Source of the DNA: Centroscyllium fabricii
Taxonomy: Eukaryota
Assembly: GCA_051313645.2 (NCBI GenBank)
Contig: JBNRSN020000013.1
Coordinates: 16,802,001-16,866,000 of the forward strand
Direction: 5' to 3'
DNA: 64,000 nucleotides
Shown here: piece by piece, positions 11,623-23,660 of the stretch
How the letters are laid out: every line of letters begins with the position of its first letter
Numbering within the stretch: the stretch's first letter is position 1
Notes under the pieces: model-generated
Database searches by the model: none
Told to the model about the DNA's origin: nothing
Seen by the model: the letters and a program-made list of their open reading frames with translations, nothing else
Position numbers and translations under genes: made by a program

Positions 11623-12444
11623 TATAGAGAGACATAGGAGAGAGAGAGAGCGCGAGAAAGAGAGATAGTATTTTTCTATCTATATAAAAACACAATTTCC
11701 CTTATTCAATTACTGTAATCAGTGGCTCCAACATATTGTACATTACATGAAATAAAACAGCATTTTCTCATGACTCGCCATGAGCAACGCCACAGGACAC
11801 CCAACAATATCAGTATAAAATATAGTCACAATTCATTAAGCTAGCTCTAGTTGTCACAGACAGAAAAACAATTGCGGTACTGTCATGAGATCAGTGAAGT
11901 GTAGCCCGGACATTCTGTATTCACACCTCATTTCCTGCAATGCTCAGCGGAATGTAATTTCTGTTCAGTATGGTATATGCAATCTTATTTGTTGCTGAAT
12001 TACACCAAAGTGTGCCAAGCCATCACAGCACAATGACATTCAGTAACAACATTTGCTGTCATCGCCGTAGCAAACATTCAAATTCATCTGAAGTGTAAAA
12101 AAAACAGCCGAGAGCCTTTACTTCTGGCAAACTCGGCTCAGATATTGCAGCAGTTGGATTAATGTGTCAGAAAGAAATGATAGCAGTGCCGGTATGTAAT
12201 CTGGTTATATAATGCACATGACAAATAGCTTTGTGAGTGTAAACCAAAATGAGAGCCGGTATAAATGTGCCAAGGAATGTGATTATTTTTGATTAAACAA
12301 TTCTAAGAATGAGTACCCTGCATCACTAAGAGCAGAGCTACAGTGTGGCAGAATGGAGCTGTCTCTCGGTGAGCTTCAAGAATCAGCTCGGCCGGTGTTT
12401 CCTGGTCGTTCGTACACTAGCAGCACTTTAAAGGCCTGCCATTT

Positions 12445-12682
12445 TACAACTTGCATTTATATAGCATCTTTAACATCGTAAAACGTCTCAAGGCACTTCA
12501 CAGGCGCGTAATCAGACAATAGTTGACACCGAGCCACAAAAGGAGACAGGTTTTAAGAGCATCTAAAGGAAGAGAGAGATGGAAAGGTTTAGGGAGAGAG
12601 TTTTAGAGCTTAGGGCCTAGACAGCTGAAGACACGGTCGTCAATGGTGGGGCAAAGGAAGTGGGGGATGCACAAGAGGCCAG
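12445..12682 (-). mobile_element. L2 LINE 3' fragment
   Basis: L2 tail ACTTGCATTTATATAGC and body similar to 13955-14447. Confidence 0.7.
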
Positions 12683-12979
12683 ACTCACTCTTTTTAAGAC
12701 TTTCACTGTTTAAGACTTCCTCTTTTAAGCTATCTTTCTTCCCCTCCCTTCACCTAAACACTCCTCCATGCACTGACTCAGCTTGGTGGACAGACCCACA
12801 GGTATGGAGCCAAGTGCCGACACTGACCCTCGAGGCTCATACATGAAGACTAGCCATCTGACCCACCTGTGGGCCTGTATTCCAAAACCAGTCACCACTG
12901 TCCTCAGTGCCTCTGGGCCAGGGAGAGGAGGAATAGCCAGGGTCCCTGTTTCTGATCGCTGGTGCCTTTAACATAGTAA

Positions 12980-13950
12980 GGGCAAAAAATGTGGCTGCTT
13001 GCGCCTCCCGTTAGCACCCTAAGAGGGCTGCTAATGGGGCGCAAGCCTGGGTTGGTGCTTCCCACGATATTCAGTGGGGTGCTGGCGGTAACCGGTAATG
13101 CTGCGCCGCCGGCGATGACGTCATCACCGTGTGCAGCACCCCGCTCGCGCCCCGGCTGCGAACTTCAGTCGCGCCCGCTGCCGTACCGCCTGACGCTGTC
13201 ACCAACAGGGTCAGGGGGGTGTACTTGCAGCAGGGAGAGTGACATTTAAAGGGAGGGTGTGATGAAATATGTATGTTCATCAAACTGTGCTTTTCACCTG
13301 GACTTGCCTGTGCTAGGAATGTATGGAATGTATGTACTGCCCACCTTTGTCTATTGTATATGTCGGGCTTCGCCCTTGTCTTTTGTTATACGGAGGACTC
13401 CAGAGCGGCTTGAGCCATTCGACCTGGAGAACTCAGTGTGGGAACATGCACCACAGTTCTTAGTTATTAAAAGCCTACCTTTAAGTCCTTAAATCTCTCG
13501 CTTGGATTATTGATGGCCTATCAGAGGGGTGCCGGGCGGCCATTTTTATTGCTGGCCGACTGCCAACACCTGCCCCCTCTGCCATCCCCGGCCTTCCCCG
13601 ATGCACCCCCTGCGGAATGCTGGCTGTGCTCCGTGAGCCCGACACTTCCCTCGAGTGCCGGCATCCTTTGGTGGTATTGTGATCCCCGGCGGCCTAACGG
13701 GGCTCCGGGCTGTGCCACGCTGGCCACTCCCCTTTAATCAGGGGAGGAAGCTCTGCACTCTGCAGAGCGTGGCGCAGCGACTCACAGTGTCCAAAATTCA
13801 GTGGTAGCGCCTAAAGAACGAGGTGGGGCACCTGCAGTAGCGCCCCACCTCCTACTTGGGGCGCTAAAACCCAATTTCCAGAGGAGCGGCGCGAACCTTA
13901 TCTGGGCGCTAAAAGTAGCGCCCCACCGAGGTTAGCTGAATTTTTCCCCC
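12980..13950. mobile_element. Harbinger MITE containing a nested solo LTR
   Basis: Canonical TAA TSD (12977-12979, 13951-13953); TIR GGGCAAAAAAT...GAATTTTTCCCCC; homologous to 44382-45085. Confidence 0.88.
13258..13523 (+). mobile_element. Solo LTR, 266 bp
   Basis: TG...CA ends, exact 5-bp TSD GAGGG (13253-13257, 13524-13528), ATTAAA signal; absent from the sister MITE at about 44665. Confidence 0.88.
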
Positions 13951-13954
13951 TAAA

Positions 13955-14447
13955 TCTCCCCAAGGGGCTTCACACGAGCATTATCCGAATTTTCTTTGCG
14001 CTGACCCACAGAGGAGCGTTTTAAAACAAAATTTGACACCGAGCCACATAAGGAGAAATTGGGGCAGATGACCAAAAGCTTGGTTAATGAGGTAGGTTTT
14101 AAGGAGCATCTGAAAGGAGGAGAGAGGTAGAGAGGCGGAGAGATTTATGGAGGGATTTCTAGAGCTTCGGTAGCTGAAGGCACGGCTGCCAATGTCGTGG
14201 CGATGGAAAGCGGGGATGTGCAAAAGGCCAGAATTGGAGGGGGCGCAGAGATCTTGCAGGGTTGTAGGTCTGGAGGAGATTGCAGAGATAGGAAGGGGAG
14301 AGGCAATGGAGGGATTTGAAAACAAGGACGAGAATTTTAAAATCGAGGCGTTGCTGGACCGGGTGCCAATGTGGGTCAGCGAGCACAGGGTGGAGGGTGA
14401 ACGGGACTTGGTGCGAGTTAGGACACGGGTAGCAGAATTTTGAACGA
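13955..14447 (-). mobile_element. L2 LINE 3' fragment
   Basis: VQNSATRVLTRTKSR, HWHPVQQRLDFKILVLVFKSLH..PSYL: L2 ORF2 C-terminus. Confidence 0.88.
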
Positions 14448-14484
14448 GCAGAAACCCTCTGGACAACAGTAATTGCTCGTTCTT

Positions 14485-14938
14485 TAGCAAAATACTGCAG
14501 ATGCTGGAAATCCGAAATAACAACAGAAAATGCTGGAAAAACTCAGCAGGCCAGACAGCATCGGTGGAGAGAAATATAGAGTCGACGTTTCGGGTTGGGA
14601 CCCTTTGTCAAAACTAAAGCTGGGGGATGAAACACCGGCAGGAAGGCGGGGAGAGGTGGGAGCAAACAAAGAGAAGACAGCACAAAGAGAAAAGACTTTG
14701 AGAGGTATGCAAAAGAAATCCTGTCCACAGCATCTCGTCTCATTTTGAATACCTCTCAGTCTTTTCTCTTTGTGCTGTCTTCTCTTTGTTCCCTTCCACC
14801 TCCCCCCGCCTTCTTGCCTGTTACATCCCCCAGCTTTAGTTTTGATAAAGGGTCCCAACCCGAAACGTCGACCCGATATTTTGCTCCACCGATGCTGCCT
14901 GGCCTGCTGAGGTTTTCCAACATTTTCTGTTGTTATTT
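14485..14938. mobile_element. Inverted pair of Penelope termini
   Basis: 14518-14750 is the reverse complement of 14742-14938; both carry degenerate hammerhead cores. Confidence 0.8.
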
Positions 14939-16069
14939 ATAATTGATTGCTCTTGTCTGCTTTTCTCTTAAACTGAAGTCACCTTTATATAAAGTCAAGC
15001 AGCCAGTGACCTGAGCAAACCTACTCTGTCCAAATAGGAAGTGAACATTCCAGATAGATCACATTATTATCGAAGGGAGAGAAAAAAATCAAGCAAAGCG
15101 CAGTGATGAGCAAATTAACTGCTGTTATTTAGAGTCATTCTACCCCAATCAATCCATTTCACTTTCTCAGCTTTACTGATTGTAGGTCAAGAAAAATAAA
15201 ACTGAAAAATTATATCGAAATAATCAAATACACAAAAAAAAGGGAGAACGTGTCTACGCTTTGCACTAAAACCTGGTTCCAAAATAGCAAGAGATTGGAA
15301 AATAAACTTGCCCTCAGGTGCTGCAAGAAAAACACATGCCATTGCATCTCCCAGCTGAACCAATGCTAATACGGAAATGAGGAAGTGGACTAAATGGTTG
15401 TGGCTTCCTGCTGACAGAATCGTTTACTTTCATGGTCTAACAGGAGCTATTGAGAGCCACCTATCATGTGGCAGTAGCCGGCATTGAGACTGAGCTAGCA
15501 GGAGCAGGATGGAATGCAAAGCCACGTCCAGCTCCACGCACCCTCACGGACAGCCCTTCATAAAGCGGGCACTCACGGGTTGCTTTTATTAGAAGCCCGG
15601 CAGCTCCCAGACGCATTTGTACTATGGGGTAAAAAGCACGCGGCGAAGAAGATGCAGAAAGAAAGGATGATTGGAAACTGGCCGGGATGTCTGCAGAAGG
15701 GTGCATGGTTTCCACCCAGCCCGAAAGGGTGTCTTAGTGGTTTGTCCGTGTTTACGATTGACCCGGATTCTAGGTAGGAAATGTCAGGTTCCAGGCCAGA
15801 TCAATCGTCAAGGCAACCAGTCGGTAGGGTCGCCAGTTCTGGTTGGATATATTCCTGGAGGTTTCTTCACATGACCTCCCGTCTCTAATCGTCCCACCCC
15901 CACGCTCCTGCCATTGGTCGCCAGACATGTCTGTCCTCGTAGGGCACCGCCTTCCGACACCAATTTGAAAGCAAACAGGCTCTAATTACCTGACTGGATG
16001 CTGCTTGACCGTCAGTCAAACAGCCTTTTTATTCCAGCTCCAATATTTTTATAACTAATAAATAAAATA

Positions 16070-16772
16070 AGAAAGACTTGCATTTATCTAGTGCCTTTCA
16101 CGACCTCAAGACGTCCCAATGCACTTTACAGACAATGAAGCACTTTTGAAGTGTAGTCACTGTTGTAATGTGGGAAACGCAGCAGCCAATTTACGCACAG
16201 CAAGCTCCCACAAACAGCAATGTGATAATGACCAGATAATCTGTTTTAATGATGTCCGTTAAGGAATAAATATTGACAAGGACACCCGGGATAGCTCCCC
16301 TTCGGAATAGTGCCATGGGATATTTTATGTCCACCTGAGAGCACAGACGGGGCCTGGGTTTAACGTCTCATCCGAAAGACAGCACTTCCAACAGGGCAGC
16401 ACTCCCTCAGTACTGCACTACCCTGTTCCTGGGACTAGGGACAGGGCCACTGGCAAGGCTTGGAAGCTAAGCAGAGCCAGGCCTGGTTAGTACTTGGATG
16501 GGAGACCTCCAGGGAATACCAGGTGCAGAAGGTCACGAAAGGAGCCCCGGGGAGGGGCGGTTGGCTGAAGATTGTCGGAATGATGGAAAGATGGAATGGC
16601 GGCGCGCACAGACGCAGCGGCTTTGCTGGACTCTTGGGAGCTTGCAAGATCACATTTCGTTGTTCATGTACTTGTACATTGTATAATGACAATAAAGTTG
16701 AATTATTATTATTATTATTACTGGCCTAGATTGTGTGCTTAAGTCTCTGAAGTGGGACTTGCGCCCACAACC
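16070..16772 (-). mobile_element. SacSINE1-like DeuSINE, split by a nested SINE
   Basis: Deu domain (CGTCTCATCCGAAAGACAGCAC on +); the head resumes after 16720. Confidence 0.88.
16421..16720 (+). mobile_element. 5S rRNA-derived SINE (SINE3-type) with Rex1/Babar-like tail
   Basis: 16462-16532 matches the 3' half of 5S rRNA including the internal control region; tail AATGACAATAAAGTTGAA(TTA)n resembles the Rex1 tails at 19790 and 52033. Confidence 0.8.
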
Positions 16773-17702
16773 AAATTTAAATACCCCAGTGATTTTCTCC
16801 CCCACACCACCACCGCAAGCCACCCTCTCCCCCCCACCCCTCTCCATCTCCCCATAGCTGGTTATTTCTTCATTCCCATTGAAGTATGTATCTGAATGTA
16901 CTTTTAGTCTTGCATACATGTATAATTTTCCTGAATCGCTAGTGGAGTGCACATAAGTAGTATGTATTGGGGTCTCCTTGCATTCCAGCAAGACTCTCTG
17001 ACTTTTGCATGGAGATTCAGAAAGATAGGAATTACCGTTAGTGAGACGTTAACATATGAACGCTTAACCCAGTCAGACCAAATTCCTGTCTCCGTTATTT
17101 AATCGGAGGCCTTCGCCTGTTTAAAATAAAATGATATGTTGCCCTTACCTCTGTGGGCTGTGCATTCAAAATCCCCAACTGTTCACAAATTGGCATCTGA
17201 GCTTGCATAAGAAAGCACTGAGATTGAGGGAACCAAGATCCACCAATGAACCTGATCTGGTTGGTTCTGGTGCTGAATCAGAACTGGAGGACTCAGATAC
17301 TCTTTAGTGGCAAACGTGTGCCCAGAATTCAGCATAAATCCAACCTCTGTTCACCACTGTACACAAGATTTGACATTTTTGCTGGTATAATTCAGCTGGC
17401 AGATACTAAATAGTGAGGTGCTAAGCTCATCCAATTAGAGGATTACAATGAATAGAATGGTCTACAAAGGTGCGAACAAAGCTATCTGCTGGAGTTGTGT
17501 ATTTGCCCGATGTAGTTAGACTGAAGATAAATCTACACACTAAAGCTCTGAATATAGCGATATCAATAAGGTCACGACTGCATTATTTGGCAGGACCAGC
17601 AACTTCACCTCACTCCCAACCAACAGCAGCAATGCGAGAGCGAAACAATTCAGCCCCTCCCCCTTTCCCCAGCCCCTTCACTTGCTTTAAGATCTATCCC
17701 CT

Positions 17703-17800
17703 GTTCTGACGAAAGGTCATCAACCTGAAACGTTGACTCTGTTTCTCTCTCCACCGATGCTGCCCTGGCCTGCTGAGTTTCTCCAGTGTTTTCTGTTGTT
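17703..17800 (+). mobile_element. Penelope terminus with hammerhead motif (17703-17737)
   Basis: GTT-CTGACGA-AAGGTCATCAACCT-GAAA-CGTT-GAC. Confidence 0.75.
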
Positions 17801-17894
17801 AATTCTACAGGACTGTCGCTTTACTCAGAGTCCCAAGAGCCTTCATCTGTATCTCTGTTGCTACTTGCGTCCCTGTGCATAATTTCTTTATCTT

Positions 17895-19078
17895 AATTCA
17901 ATTCAATTCAATTCAATTCAATTCAAGTTTTATTCTCATTGCAGAGTACTAGTACAATACGAGACAAAGACTCGACTCTCCCGAGAGTAGTGTAAACAAA
18001 ATAAATAAATTACATAAATAAATTGCATACAGTAAAGTTCATTATCAGGCGTGCAGGTACCGGAGTTTCTTTTTAGAGTTCAGGAGGCTGACAGCCCTGG
18101 GGAAGAAGCTGTTCTGAAATCTAGTCGTGCGGGTGCAAATTGCTCTGTAGCGTCTCCCGGAGGGCAGAGGGGCGAACAGACTGTGGCTGGGGTGTGTGGG
18201 GTCTTTTATAATGTTCATAGACCTCCGTAAGCAGCATTTGAGGTAGATGCTTTCCACTGACGGTAACTGTGTACCGGTAATTCGTTGGGCAGTTTTGACT
18301 ACCCGCTGCAGGGTTTTCCGGTCCGAGATAGTGCAATTACCATACCAGACATTGATGCAGCTTGTCAGTATGCTTTCTATTGTGCAGCGGTAGAAGTTGG
18401 AGAGGATGCCGGATGCCAGCCTGGCTTTCTTCAGCTTCCTAAGGAAGTACAGGCGCTGTTGGGCCTTCTTAACCAGAGAGGAGGTGTTTAGTGACCAGGA
18501 GAGATCTTCCGAGATGTGGACCCCGAGGAACTTGAAGCTGGACACCCTTTCCACCTCAGCCCCTTGGATGAAGATGGGGGTGTGTCTTCTGCTTCCAGTC
18601 CTCCGGAAGTCCACTATGATCTCCTTCGTTTTCTTGGTGTTCAGTGCCAGGTTGTTGTCGGCACACCAACCCACAAGGCGCTGGATCTCATCCCCGTAGG
18701 CTGACTCGTCGTTGTTGGTGATCTGGCCAACCACCGTGGTGTCATCCGCGAACTTGATGATCGTGTTGGAGCCATAGACAGCCGCACAGTCGTGAGTGAA
18801 GAGGGAGTAGAGGAGGGGGCTGAGCACACAACCTTGTGGGGCCCCCGTGTTCAGGGTAAGGGGGGTGGAGGTGAGGTTGCCTAACTTCACAGACTGTGGT
18901 CTGTTGGTTAGGAAGTCCAGGGTCCAGTTGCAGAGGGAGGTGTTCAGGCCGAGGGTGAGGAGTTTGGTAGACAATTTGCTGGGGACGATGGTGTTGAATG
19001 CTGAGCTGTAGTCAATAAACAGCATTCTGATATATGTATCTTTGCTATCCAGGTGGTTTAGTGCAGAGTGAAGAGCCG
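17895..19078 (-). mobile_element. Rex1/Babar LINE, 5'-truncated
   Basis: (TTGAA)n tail on the element strand; open RT frame 18045-19025. Confidence 0.95.
18045..19025 (-). CDS. Rex1/Babar reverse transcriptase, C-terminal part
   Basis: [39 protein letters not shown] motifs. Confidence 0.9.
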   Translation of the reverse strand: MLFIDYSSAFNTIVPSKLSTKLLTLGLNTSLCNWTLDFLTNRPQSVKLGNLTSTPLTLNTGAPQGCVLSPLLYSLFTHDCAAVYGSNTIIKFADDTTVVGQITNNDESAYGDEIQRLVGWCADNNLALNTKKTKEIIVDFRRTGSRRHTPIFIQGAEVERVSSFKFLGVHISEDLSWSLNTSSLVKKAQQRLYFLRKLKKARLASGILSNFYRCTIESILTSCINVWYGNCTISDRKTLQRVVKTAQRITGTQLPSVESIYLKCCLRRSMNIIKDPTHPSHSLFAPLPSGRRYRAICTRTTRFQNSFFPRAVSLLNSKKKLRYLHA

Positions 19079-19423
19079 ATCTAATCTTAATGTGGATTAG
19101 ATTAGATAGATTCTTTGATTCCTTGGCTGTGGAAAATTGAATGGATGGATAATCGCAGGCAGTAGACCTACAGTGCTATGCAGATGCGGCTCAGAACACC
19201 CATTGTGCCATGGGCCAAGGCAGCCGTTTACCTTGACGCTGGCATTACCCTGACTTCAGTGGCACCTTGGACAAACCCAGCAAAGTCGAGTTTTGATGCA
19301 CTGAACAGCATTGGCCCTAGACTGTTTTACATGGCTGCCTCTACAGCATTCGTCATTGGACATGGAAGCACAGAGCACAGAAGGAGACCATTCGCCCCAT
19401 CGTGCCTTTGAAAGAGCTCTCCA

Positions 19424-19820
19424 ACCAGCGGGTAGTCAAAACTGCCCAATGAATTACCGGTACACAGCTACTGTCAATGGAAAGCATCTACCTCAAACGC
19501 TGCTTACGGAGGTCTCAGAACATTATTAAAGACCCCACACACCCCAGCCACAGTCTGTTCGCCCCCCTGCCCTCCGGGAGACGCTACAGAGCAATTCGCA
19601 CCCGCACGACTAGATTTCAGAACAGCTTCTTCCCCAGGGCTGTCAGCCTCCTGAACTCTAAAAAGAAACTCCGGTACCTGCATGCCTGATAATGTACTTT
19701 ACTGTATGCAATTTGCATGTAATTTATTTATTTGCACTACTCTCGGGAGAGTCGAGTCTTCGTCTCGTTGTATTGTACTAGTACTCTGCAATGACAATAA
19801 AACTTGAATTGAATTGAATT
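19424..19820 (+). mobile_element. Rex1/Babar 3' fragment
   Basis: Near-identical to the reverse complement of about 17910-18308; (TTGAA)n tail. Confidence 0.93.
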
Positions 19821-20008
19821 AATCCCACTCCCCTGTTCATTCCCCATCGCCCTGCAAAACTTTCCTTTTTAAGTGTGTATCCAATTCCCTTTTAAAAGTT
19901 ACTATTGAATCTGCTTCCACCACCCTCTGAGTCAGTACATTCCAGATCACAACAACTCGCTGTGTAAAAACATTCTCCCAATCTCCCCCCTGGCTGTTTT
20001 GCCAAGTG

Positions 20009-20751
20009 CAGGTTGAAGTTCATTAATCCGGCAGGGTCGGGACCAGCACCCTGCCAGATTGTTGAAAACGGCAAATTATTGAAGTCACGGCGGCGCATGC
20101 GCAGAACATTCAAAATGGCCGACGCAAAATTTCAATGTTCTGCGCATGCGCTCGCCAGTACCTGGCAGTTGATTTTCGGTCCAAGGGTCGGGTGGAACTC
20201 GCACTCGATTCTGCTGTGGGTCAGGGAGCGGGCTGCACGACTCCAGCGGGCCTGAGGCCCAATGTGCGGCTCAAGCCCGGCTCACGTGACGCCACCGCAC
20301 GCCAGCTTCGGAATGCAGTGACGTCAGCACGCAGCCATCGATTCGGCTGCGGTCAGGGAGCGGCCTGCACGGCTTCAGCGGGCCTGAGGTCCAATGCGTG
20401 GCTCAAGCCCGGCTCACGTGACGCCACTGCACGCCAGCTTCGGAACGCGGTGACGTCAGCATGAAACCAGGCAGGAGCCTCCGGCAGCGATGGGCACTGA
20501 GCATTGCCTGTATCGTGTCCTGCGAAAGGTGGCTGGCACAACAGCTCATCTTCTGGGCCTGGGATTCACCATCGGCATCGGGGTGGTCACTAAGCCGGGA
20601 TCCAGTGAGTATATGTTAGGTGAAAGAGAAGCCCAGCCCCGACGGCAGCCATTTTGAATTGTCTGCGCATGCGCCGGGCAGTCGGGAAAATCTGTGCCAA
20701 ACAACTGAAGCTGCCGGTTTTTTGGGTGCCGGATTAATGAACATCAACCTG
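20009..20751. mobile_element. Tigger/pogo-like MITE with internal ~134-bp tandem duplication
   Basis: TIR CAGGTTGAAGTTCATTAATCCGGCA / TGCCGGATTAATGAACATCAACCTG, TA on the right; duplicated unit about 20205-20460. Confidence 0.85.
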
Positions 20752-21893
20752 TACCTTAAATTGCTGTCCTTTGGTTACTGACCCTCCTGCCAGTGGAAAT
20801 AGTTTGTCCCTATCTACTCCATCAAAACCCATAATTTTGAACACCTCTATTAAATGTACCCTTAACCTTCGCTGCTCTAAGGAAAACAATGCTAATGAAT
20901 TAAAGGGCATAACCCTAATTACTCACATCCCACAGATTATGATTACAGTGGTTGTTATTTAACATGCTGAATAGCAACTTTAATTATGGATGAACATGAG
21001 GGAAGATTTTCTTTGTCAAGTGTAACAAATCATAAACTGACTTTTTAAAGGAGGGGTTTATAGTATTGTTACATATAGCGGAGAGGGATTCTTCCCCCAT
21101 GTGTGTTTTTTGTAACCATACATTGTGGTGAGCAGCACGTGTAAAGGAATTTAAATCTATTCGCCAGCCAGAGGAAGCGAGAGTCTAATGAGACCACAGC
21201 CATATGGTACAGATGGAGAATGGCCACCATTTGAATAGTAATCTCCAAATTAATTTTTTAAGGGGGGTACGTTCTAGTTTTTGGAATAGAACAAGCATTT
21301 AAAATTGCATTCTAAATTAGAGGAAGAAGTAAACAACCACTGTTTTACACTGAAAAATGGACCCAAGGCCCAGGTACATGCTGGACACAAGTGCGTGATG
21401 AATAAGCAACGTGTGTTATGTGAGACAGGATTCTGGGAATCAGAAGGAATATGCAAATCTGACTAGATGGAGATTACATCATCATGGATGTTTGGAAGGA
21501 AAATTATAGCTTTAAATACGCCACACACAGAGTTAAACTTGACAAAGGAATATTCTTTTAGTGAAACAGACTACGCAGGGCAAACAATAGACTAGATGAG
21601 ATTAATGTTTACATCAGTGTGATGGGAATGGATTCTGCTCAGCACTGTAACTAAGGAACAAGTCTCACAGGGATTTGTGCTGGGTGAGCACCCATCAGGT
21701 TTATTTAGATTACATAAGAAATAGGAGCAGGAGTAGGTCATTCAGCCCCTCTATTCCAGAGTGAAGGATCCCTTGCAATCAAGAACAAGCAAATTATTCC
21801 CATGATGGCACTTTATTCCGTGCCAGAATTTAAAATTTGTCTTGCAAATCTGAGCAGGCTCCTTCTCCAGGCTGCTCTTATGCATTCCATAGT

Positions 21894-22105
21894 TAGAGTT
21901 AGAAACCCTCCAGGATGTCCGGGAGTCTCCAGGAATTAAAGATTAATCTACTTGCAAGCAACCCAGGAGAAAATTCATAGGTGCAATTTAAAAAAGTATT
22001 TTTTTTCGCATTTGCTTTCAACACTGGACTGGGCGTGGTGGTTGGAGGTGGAAGGTCATGTGATGAAACCTCCAAGAATACGTCCAACCAGAGTTGGCGA
22101 CCTTA
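21894..22105. mobile_element. Degraded hAT-type MITE
   Basis: Ends resemble the TAGGGTTGCCAAC TIR (TAGAGTTAGAAACC...GTTGGCGACCTTA). Confidence 0.5.
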
Positions 22106-22487
22106 CACCTGGAGGTTCGTTTTGACGCAGCATTAGTGGATGCCTTCAGAGTCGGCCACCTGTCTGTTCTTTCAGCCAGGGAGTGGTGGAGAAAAATTCA
22201 TCCGATGATCTATTCCTGTCACTTGAGCATCATTTTAATATGCCTGTCCACATAAGGGCAGACATACTAAATGTAACTCATCCTTTTACTTTGAAACACA
22301 TTTTACTTTGAAGAAAATAAACCTGTATATTCTTACGTTGTGTTGTAGATGGAACGTGGAGCCCTAAATTACAGGCTGACCGATGTAGAACTATGCTTCT
22401 GGAGAACATCCTGAGGGTTAGGTAGCCATCACTGGACTCAACTTCTCTCTCGGGCTAATCCAGGGCTGAACATTAATACTGCTCAGC

Positions 22488-23093
22488 AATAGCAAAATAC
22501 TGCGGATGCTGGAAATCTGAAATAACAACAGAATATGCTGGAAATACTCAGCAGGCCAGGCAGCACCCGTGGAGAGAGAAACAGAGTTAACGTTTCAGGT
22601 CGGGGACCCTTCATCGGAACTGGAAAAGGCTGTAAATGTAACAGATATTAAGCAGGTGCAGAGACAGTTGGGGGGGGGGGGCGGTTTGGAAGCGATGAAG
22701 GACAGAAAGAACATGCTGTGAAAATGTGGCAAATGGGAATGGCAAAATCATACAGCATGAAAAATGGGGGCAGGGTTTATTATCTGAAATTATTGAACTC
22801 GATATTGAGCCCGGACGGCCGTAAAGTGCCTAATCGAAAGATGAGGTGCTGTTCCTCGAGTTTACGTTGAATTTCATTGGAACAGTGTAAGAGGCCGCGG
22901 ACAGGGAGATCAGAGTGGTAGTGAAGCGGAGAATTAAAGTGACAGGCGACCGGAAGCTCAGGGTCACTCTTACAGACTGAACAGAGGTGTTCTGCAAAGC
23001 AGTCGCCCAATCTGCATTTGGTCTCCCCAATGTAGAGGAGGCCACATCGTGAGCAGCGAATACAGTATATTAAATTGCAAGAAGTACAAGTAA
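22488..23093 (-). mobile_element. Penelope-like (Neptune-type) 3' fragment with GIY-YIG endonuclease
   Basis: ORF 22780..23010; exact 16-bp TSD ATTAATACTGCTCAGC (22472-22487, 23094-23109). Confidence 0.92.
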
Positions 23094-23137
23094 ATTAATA
23101 CTGCTCAGCTGCCTTGAGACCGGCACATTGAGAACTA

Positions 23138-23660
23138 CATAAAAACATAGAAGATAGGAGCAGGAGTAGGCCATTCGGCCCCTCGAGCCTGCTCTGCCAT
23201 TCGATGCGATCATGGCTGATCATCCAAATTCAGTACCCTGTCCCTGCTTTCTCCCCATATCCCTTGATGCCTCTAGCCTTAAGAAATACATCCAGCTCCT
23301 TCTTGAATATATTCAATGAACTAGCCTCCACCACCCTCTGTGGCAGAGAATTCCATAGGTTCACCACTCTCTGGGTGAAGAAATTCCTCCTCATCTCTGT
23401 CCTAAATGATGTGGGGGTGCCGGTGTTGGACTGGGGTGGACAATTGTAAGAAGTCACACAACACCAGGTTATAGTCCAACAGTTTTATTTGAAATCACAA
23501 GCTTTCAGAGCTGTGTTGTGTGACTTCTTACAATTGTCCTAAATGAGTTACCCCTTATCCTTAGACTATGACCCCTGGTTCTGGACTCTCCGATCATCGG
23601 GAACATTCTTCCTGCATCAAGTTTGTCCAGACCAGTTAGAATTTTATACGTTTCGATGAG
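23138..23660 (-). mobile_element. CR1 subfamily A 3' fragment
   Basis: ORFs 23230..23457 and 23505..23780 contain the CR1 C-terminus. Confidence 0.92.
23410..23537. mobile_element. Penelope terminal hairpin insertion nested in CR1
   Basis: Direct repeat TGTCCTAAATGA (23398-23409, 23535-23546); same family as 4161-4395. Confidence 0.85.

Larger units (their letters stand above)
19360..20890 (-). mobile_element. Old CR1 3' fragment interrupted by Rex1 (19424-19820) and a Tigger MITE (20009-20751)
   Basis: CR1 3' UTR/ORF end pieces at 19360-19423, 19821-20008 and 20752-20890 are collinear. Confidence 0.7.

Noticed and set aside
16462-16532. 5S rRNA gene
   Set aside because: The 5' half of 5S is missing, there is no poly-T terminator, and it is fused to a body and LINE tail; treated as a SINE
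17144-17300. Possible minus-strand micro-exon (AG-ATGCCA...ACAGAG-GTAAG, MPICEQLGILNAQPTE) and adjacent weak hairpin GAACCAAGATC...GATCTGGTTGGTTC
   Set aside because: Weak polypyrimidine tract, no recognisable protein, no partner exons; the hairpin lacks clear snoRNA or miRNA hallmarks
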